Source of the DNA: Candidatus Latescibacterota bacterium
GTDB taxonomy: Bacteria > Latescibacterota > UBA2968
Assembly: GCA_038279365.1 (NCBI GenBank)
Contig: JAYODI010000052.1
Coordinates: forward strand, 1-42,648
Direction of reading: 5' to 3'
Length of the DNA: 42,648 nt
The position numbers and the translations under genes were made by a program. The stretch's first letter is position 1. Each line of letters opens with the position of its first letter. This document shows positions 36,801 to 42,648 of the stretch, one piece after another. The notes under the pieces were generated by a model. It had not been told where the DNA came from. It worked only from the letters and a program-made list of their open reading frames with translations, and did not search any database.

Positions 36801-37859
36801 ATGCTCTCACTTAAACTTTTGCCAGCAACATTGATGCAATATCGCAAGGTCATTACACCCAAAAAAATTTGGAACGCAGCCAAGGTGCTCACATCTTATG
36901 CCTTATCCAATGTGTTCAAACGCGATATTCGCATGGGAAAACCATTTGTGCTCATGGTTGAGCCCACCAACTTATGCAACCTCAAATGCCCATTGTGCCC
37001 ATCGGGCAACGGTGACATGACCCGCCCACGCGGTACTATGGAATTGGCACATTTTGAAAAAGTAATCAAAGAACAAGCCAACCACCTTTTTTTGCTCATG
37101 CTTTGGAATCAAGGTGAACCCTTTATCAACAAACAACTCACCAACATGATTCGCATTGCAACCGCTCACAATGTGCCCACACTGACAAGCACCAATGTGC
37201 ACTACATCAAATCGCCCGAAATAGCCGAAGATATCGTTGACTCTGGTTTGTCAGAAATTATCGTGTCACTCGATGGGGTCACACCCGAATCGTATGTCAA
37301 ATATCGTGTTGGTGGCAATTTTGATCGGGTATTAGAGGGTATTCGCCTACTGGTGCAGGCCAAAGAAAAATTAGGGGCCACACACCCCGTGATCCATTTA
37401 CAATTTATTATTATGAAACACAACGAGCACGAAATAGCAGCCGCTCGAAAGTTATCTAAAGACTTGGGTGTGGACCGATTGTCGCTTAAAACCGCACAAG
37501 TTTATACAGAAGAAGAAGCACAAACCTATTTGCCGACAGATGAAAACCTTAGTCGATATGATTATCGTGCTGACAAATTGGCCACAAAAAGTAAAATAAC
37601 CAACTCCTGCCGGCACCTCTGGTATAGTACCGTTATCAACTGGGATGGTGCTGTTTCACCTTGTTGTTTTGACAAAGACGTACACTATGGCTTGGGGCAT
37701 GCAGGTAATGGACAAGCCTTTGAAGAAATTTGGACAGGTGAAAAGTATACCGACTTTCGCAATGCCATCCTCAAAGACCGAGCATCCGTCCCCATCTGCA
37801 ACAACTGCTCAGAAGGGCTTAAAGGTCTCTTTTTTGATATAGAACAGGTCAAACACTAA
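36801..37859 (+). CDS. Radical SAM protein with SPASM/twitch domain
   Basis: CNLKCPLC, NQGEPF, SLDG; C..LW....INWDG.V.PCCFD...C..C. Confidence 0.92.
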   Translation: MLSLKLLPATLMQYRKVITPKKIWNAAKVLTSYALSNVFKRDIRMGKPFVLMVEPTNLCNLKCPLCPSGNGDMTRPRGTMELAHFEKVIKEQANHLFLLMLWNQGEPFINKQLTNMIRIATAHNVPTLTSTNVHYIKSPEIAEDIVDSGLSEIIVSLDGVTPESYVKYRVGGNFDRVLEGIRLLVQAKEKLGATHPVIHLQFIIMKHNEHEIAAARKLSKDLGVDRLSLKTAQVYTEEEAQTYLPTDENLSRYDYRADKLATKSKITNSCRHLWYSTVINWDGAVSPCCFDKDVHYGLGHAGNGQAFEEIWTGEKYTDFRNAILKDRASVPICNNCSEGLKGLFFDIEQVKH

Positions 37860-37862
37860 AGC

Positions 37863-38993
37863 GTGGCCAGCATTCACATCATCCTCATAGTCAGCACCGC
37901 TTTCTATATCGGTGTGGCTTGTTATTTTTTAATTGGGCTTTACAGACCCTATCGCCCCCCTACCAACCCAACCCAACCCTTTATATCTGTCGTGATCGCT
38001 GCGCGAAACGAAGCCGAATATATTACCCATTGTTTAACAAGCCTCACCCAACAGACCTACCCTACCCACTTGTTTGAAGTACTCGTTGTCGATGATGCAT
38101 CCAGCGACAATACAGCCCATATCGTTGAAAGTTTTTCAAAAACATATCCACACATCCATCTGCTCAAAGTTGGCGAACAATTTCCTCAAATGGCGGCCAA
38201 AAAACGCCCTATGTCGGTAGGTATTCACCATGCAAAAGGCGAATGGATCGTGACCACCGATGCAGATTGCCAATGGTTACCCACCCATCTTGCCCACCTG
38301 ACCACCTATATGCACCCAAATACCGATGTTGTAATTGGCTTTTCTCAAATAAAAACGGCTCAAGAAACGCTGACACCATTTGAAAAACTACAAGCCTGTG
38401 ACTTTCTGTCTCTTATGAGCGCGGCTGCAGGTTCCGCCAATATGGGGTATCCATTGGCAGCAACGGGGCAAAACTTGGCCTATCGCAAAACCTTATTTGA
38501 CCACGTGGGTGGCTTTTCACAAGTGGCACACCGTCCTTCGGGTGACGATGTATTATTGCTACAACTCCTGCGCAACGCATCGACAAACAAAATCGTCTTT
38601 GCATCTTCCCCCAAAACATTTGTAAGCACCCATCGCCCAGAAACCCCCTTGAGTTTTTGGCGTCAGCGAAAACGCTGGGCCTCAAACGCCGCCTTTCAAA
38701 TTCGTTTGAATCCATATTTTTTTGCGTATATTCTCGTTGTATTTTCAACACACGCCTTCATACCAGTTGGCTTGTTGCTACATCCCCATACCCCATTTAT
38801 ACCATTGGGGTGTTGGTTGGCCAAATCAATAGCAGATGGGCTCGTCATTCAAAAAGGAGCCCGAGTTTTTAACCGCAAGGATCTGTTATCTATCTGGCCT
38901 ATTTGGGAAGTACTACAACCCTTTTATATTTTTTTCATTGGTATAGCCAGCACATTAGGCGGTTTTTCGTGGAAAGATCGCTACCACAAATAA
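37863..38993 (+). CDS. Membrane glycosyltransferase family 2
   Basis: SVVIAARNE, VDDASSD, TTDADC, SGDD, QRKRW. Confidence 0.92.
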   Translation: MASIHIILIVSTAFYIGVACYFLIGLYRPYRPPTNPTQPFISVVIAARNEAEYITHCLTSLTQQTYPTHLFEVLVVDDASSDNTAHIVESFSKTYPHIHLLKVGEQFPQMAAKKRPMSVGIHHAKGEWIVTTDADCQWLPTHLAHLTTYMHPNTDVVIGFSQIKTAQETLTPFEKLQACDFLSLMSAAAGSANMGYPLAATGQNLAYRKTLFDHVGGFSQVAHRPSGDDVLLLQLLRNASTNKIVFASSPKTFVSTHRPETPLSFWRQRKRWASNAAFQIRLNPYFFAYILVVFSTHAFIPVGLLLHPHTPFIPLGCWLAKSIADGLVIQKGARVFNRKDLLSIWPIWEVLQPFYIFFIGIASTLGGFSWKDRYHK

Positions 38994-39005
38994 GGACAAC
39001 ACAAG

Positions 39006-39965
39006 ATGCCTCGTTGCCAGTATACCTCTCCATCAGGTCTACCGTGTACGGAAAACGCTTCTGAACCTGAAAATTTGTGTCTGTGGCATGCCCCTATCAA
39101 AAAAGAGCAGTCCAACTTAAAAGCCGAATTGGAGGCCAAAGCCAAAAAAGGAGAATCTCTTTCCGGTTTTTATTTGGCAGGCACAAATTTGTCCGACGCC
39201 TATTTAATGGAAGCCGATCTATCGGATGCCAATTTAAGCCGAGCCGACCTCTCATCGGGACATTTTTTTGGTATCAACTTATCCAAGGCAAGTTTGTTTA
39301 AAGCCAATTTGAGAGAGGCCAATCTGAAAGAGGCCAATCTGGAAGAAACCAATCTATTGGGTGCCGATTTAACAAATGTCAACCTAGAACGCGTAAAGTG
39401 GGGGCCAGGCAACAAAGTATCCAACCACCAAGAAGCCGATTTGCTTGCAACCCAAGGCGAAGAACAAAAAGCCCAAGCCAAATACTTGGAAGCAGAAGAA
39501 GTCTATCGCAATATTCGAAAATGTTATGAAGCTGCGGGAACCTCGGATGTTGCGGGATATTTTTTTTACAATGAGATGGTGGTAAAACGCAAACAAATGC
39601 CCAAAATGTCATTTAGAAGAGCCTGGTCGAAACTCATAGACGTGCTTTGCGGATACGGTGAAATACCCTACCGCATTATTGGCTCATCAATTGCCTACAT
39701 CTTGTTCAATGCACTTTTATTCGACTTTTTAGGCCTATACCACAACAACGACATCCTTACATTTGATCAAACATTGGGGATCACAGACAACTTAAGATAT
39801 TTTGGATACGCCATTTACTTCAGCATAGTCACCTTCACCACACTGGGATATGGGGATTTTGCACCTGCAGGTTGGGCACGCCCATTTGCTGCCATAGAAG
39901 GTTTTGTTGGTGCATTTATGATCGCCCTATTCATTCTCTCTTTTGTGAAAAAAATGACCCGATAG
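39006..39965 (+). CDS. Pentapeptide-repeat protein with a 2-TM potassium-channel domain
   Basis: A(D/N)L repeats, GYGE.P.R, YFSIVTFTTLGYGD selectivity filter. Confidence 0.88.
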   Translation: MPRCQYTSPSGLPCTENASEPENLCLWHAPIKKEQSNLKAELEAKAKKGESLSGFYLAGTNLSDAYLMEADLSDANLSRADLSSGHFFGINLSKASLFKANLREANLKEANLEETNLLGADLTNVNLERVKWGPGNKVSNHQEADLLATQGEEQKAQAKYLEAEEVYRNIRKCYEAAGTSDVAGYFFYNEMVVKRKQMPKMSFRRAWSKLIDVLCGYGEIPYRIIGSSIAYILFNALLFDFLGLYHNNDILTFDQTLGITDNLRYFGYAIYFSIVTFTTLGYGDFAPAGWARPFAAIEGFVGAFMIALFILSFVKKMTR

Positions 39966-39980
39966 AGAGGAGGTATTAGA

Positions 39981-41099
39981 TTGAAATTTATATCTCTCAT
40001 TGTCTTTTGTATGCTCTTTGCAATACCCACCCACGCCCAACGCCCCAGGGCACGAACACTCGGCATACAAGTGGGTGATTTGCCTATAGGCACATACAAT
40101 GCCATAACCGATGTCCCTGGTGTAAAAGTCGGTCATATCACGCTCAACAAAGGCAAGGGCAAACTTGTTGTGGGCAAAGGTCCCATACGCACCGGTGTAA
40201 CAGCCATAGTACCCAATGAAGACATATACGAAAACCAACTGTTTGCAGCTGCCGAATCTTTAAATGGCAATGGCGAAATGACCGGCATGGCCTGGGTCAA
40301 TGAGCGGGGTCTGCTCGAAGTGCCCATCATCCTTACCAACACCTTAAGCATTGGCGAAGGCTACAGCGGGGTGGTCGATTATATGCTCAAACAATCTCCC
40401 AACAGAGTTCCCCTCCCCGTCATTGCCGAATGTTATGATGGAGGCCTCAATGACATTGCAGGACGCCACGTTAAACCAGAGCATGTCGTTCAAGCCATCG
40501 AAACCGCTTCTTCTGGCAATGTTGCTGAAGGTTCTGTAGGTGCAGGCACTGGCATGCGTGCCTATGAATTTAAAGCAGGCATCGGTACTGCCTCGCGTAT
40601 TTTGCCAAACAACTATACCGTAGGCGTACTCGTCAATGCCAACTGCGGGCGCCGGCCCAACCTCATCATCAATGGCGTGCCCGTCGGACAGGCCCTACCC
40701 AAAGAAACCCCACCGCCAACCCGCGATGGATCTATTATTGTTGTCATTGCCACAGATGCACCCATTTTACCCCACCAACTACGCCGGTTGTGCAAACGTG
40801 CGGCTTTTGGTATCACACGCACAGGCACCATTTCGCGCACCAGCAGTGGTGATTTTGCCATTGCATTTTCAACCGCCCAGGTCACCTTACGCAATCGTGC
40901 CCCCCAAGACAGCATTGTTGTCTTGCGAGACAATCAACTCAACGATCTGTTTCAAGCCACCATTGAAGCCACCGAAGAAGCCATCCTCAACGCTTTATTT
41001 GTGGCAGAACCCATGACGGGTCGCGATGATCGCACCATGCCAGCATTACCGCATCACCAAACCGTTGCTATATTGCGTGAATATGGACGCATAAAATAG
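39981..41099 (+). CDS. P1 family peptidase (DmpA-like aminopeptidase), exported
   Basis: Signal peptide; NAITDVPGVKVGH, RTGVTAI, NGNGEMTG, EGSVGAGTGM, DG/SII autocleavage site. Confidence 0.92.
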   Translation: MKFISLIVFCMLFAIPTHAQRPRARTLGIQVGDLPIGTYNAITDVPGVKVGHITLNKGKGKLVVGKGPIRTGVTAIVPNEDIYENQLFAAAESLNGNGEMTGMAWVNERGLLEVPIILTNTLSIGEGYSGVVDYMLKQSPNRVPLPVIAECYDGGLNDIAGRHVKPEHVVQAIETASSGNVAEGSVGAGTGMRAYEFKAGIGTASRILPNNYTVGVLVNANCGRRPNLIINGVPVGQALPKETPPPTRDGSIIVVIATDAPILPHQLRRLCKRAAFGITRTGTISRTSSGDFAIAFSTAQVTLRNRAPQDSIVVLRDNQLNDLFQATIEATEEAILNALFVAEPMTGRDDRTMPALPHHQTVAILREYGRIK

Positions 41100-41147
41100 C
41101 TCAAAACTCAAGGCTTCATCGACGATAAAATATAAAGGAGCCCATTT

Positions 41148-42617
41148 ATGGTACCTTGGACTGTAACCATAGGTCTATCTTGTTACGTATTGCTTACCCT
41201 TGGCATTGGGGTTTATGCGGGGCGAAAAGTCAAAGGATCCAACGATTTTATCGTAGCTGGTAGACGCTTAGGCGTGGTTTTGGCCACGGGAACCTTGGCC
41301 GCAACGTGGTTTGGCGGCGGTATTGTCATTGGTGCAGCCAGCGAAGCGTATAAACATGGCTTTTTAGGTGTGATTGCCGATCCCTTTGGTGCGGCTTTAT
41401 GCCTGATCTTGGCAGGTTTGTTCTATGTTCGCCTTATGCGCCGCATGGGGCTGACAACCATTGCAGAATTTTTCACCATACGCTATGGCAAAAGTGCAGG
41501 CACCATAGCCGCCCTTTGCACCATCCCCACTTATGTTGGTTGGGTTGCATCGTTGATGGTTGCTTTTGGCCGCATTATTCAAACCCTTACAGGTCTCGAC
41601 CCCACGTGGGGCATTGTGGTTGCTGCAGCCATTGTGCTCATCTATACAACGGCGGGAGGCATGTGGGCCGTCACATTAACCGATTTTATACAGGTATCGG
41701 TTTTGGTCATTGGTTTACTGATCTTGACCCCCATTTTGCTACACGACATGGGCGGGTGGGACGCCATTCGGGCCCAATTGCCCGATGACCGTTTTTATCT
41801 TTATCCACACGATGCCCAATGGACTTCTTGGTTCCATTATGCCCGTGATTGGTTGGTCATTGGTTTGGGCAATTTGGCAGGCCAAGACTTAATGCAAAGA
41901 AGCCTTTCCAGTCGCAATGAAACGGTTGCCCAAAACAGCGCCTATCTTTCTGCCATATTATATCTCACCATAGGACTCATACCTGTTTTTTTAGGAATCT
42001 CAGCAAAATTGATCTTTCCCAACCTCGAAGACCCCGATATGGTCATGATGAAGTTGGGACAAACTTATTTGCCACCATTGGGCATGGCCATTTTTTTGGG
42101 CGCATTGGTTTCGGCACTGATGAGCAGCGCAGACAGTGCCTTGCTAGCCCCCGCCAGTGTGATTGGCAACGATTTAGCAGACTTTTTCATCCCCAACATA
42201 AACGATGATAAGAAATTGTTTATTTGTCGCTTATGCGTACCTATCTTGGGTATAATAGCCTTGTATTTGGCCCTTTCTAAAAACACCATATACAGTCTCA
42301 TGGTCGACTCTTGGTCGGTTCTTTTGGCCACCTTGTTTGTACCCCTCACCGCAGGAATTTGGTGGCCAAAGGCCAATCTTTGGGGGGCCATATCCAGTAT
42401 GATTGTTGGTGGTATTGCTTGGCAAATTTTCTTGTGGACAACCCCAGATATGCCTGCCGATTTATTGGCAGTGCCATTGGCACTGGTTGCTTTGGGCATT
42501 GTCAGCCTGGCCACATCCAAAACGCATCCACCAAAACCATTACAAGACGCATCGGGCAACACCCTTACCTACAACAACCGCATTGGCATTTTATTTAGAG
42601 CCCCCAAACAGACTTGA
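41148..42617 (+). CDS. Sodium:solute symporter family transporter
   Basis: DFIVAGR.L, ATW.GGG, YT..GGMWAV..TD..Q, QD.MQR, SA.MSSADS; many TM segments. Confidence 0.92.
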   Translation: MVPWTVTIGLSCYVLLTLGIGVYAGRKVKGSNDFIVAGRRLGVVLATGTLAATWFGGGIVIGAASEAYKHGFLGVIADPFGAALCLILAGLFYVRLMRRMGLTTIAEFFTIRYGKSAGTIAALCTIPTYVGWVASLMVAFGRIIQTLTGLDPTWGIVVAAAIVLIYTTAGGMWAVTLTDFIQVSVLVIGLLILTPILLHDMGGWDAIRAQLPDDRFYLYPHDAQWTSWFHYARDWLVIGLGNLAGQDLMQRSLSSRNETVAQNSAYLSAILYLTIGLIPVFLGISAKLIFPNLEDPDMVMMKLGQTYLPPLGMAIFLGALVSALMSSADSALLAPASVIGNDLADFFIPNINDDKKLFICRLCVPILGIIALYLALSKNTIYSLMVDSWSVLLATLFVPLTAGIWWPKANLWGAISSMIVGGIAWQIFLWTTPDMPADLLAVPLALVALGIVSLATSKTHPPKPLQDASGNTLTYNNRIGILFRAPKQT

Positions 42618-42648
42618 AAAAGAGGTTTGCAAGTATTTTTATAATACT

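Overview
Bacterial chromosomal window. The sulfatase/enolase/Gfo-Idh-MocA-rich gene content resembles marine Latescibacterota-like genomes, but that assignment is inference only. Positions 1-~5030 are the distal end of an integron-type gene-cassette array with no intI inside the window. It has four clear attC-like sites of two alternating sequence families, plus degenerate ones. The cassettes carry higBA, a sulfatase, a DUF6883/DUF4926-like pair, an apparently ORF-less unit, a VOC protein and a DUF1330 protein. The attC sites sit inside conserved ~100-bp non-coding trailers and leaders shared by unrelated cargo, and the sulfatase carries a second, broken attC inside this frame. The rest is catabolic and housekeeping DNA: gudD, a beta-helix protein, sulfatase, enolase, a MocD-MocE-like desaturase-Rieske fusion, an HDOD response regulator, sixA, tRNA-Leu(GAG)-secG-tpiA-pgk-gap-pfk, comF, a HAD-YvcK/CofD fusion, radC, a PAS histidine kinase, a LOG-family gene, GT2-radical SAM-GT2, a pentapeptide K+ channel, a DmpA peptidase and an SSS transporter. 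The ORF track splits or mis-starts three genes: a UGA-recoded selenoprotein peroxiredoxin with a SECIS-like hairpin, a frameshifted membrane coiled-coil gene and a putative sigma54-driven 50-aa small protein. It cannot show a candidate ~85-nt structured RNA.
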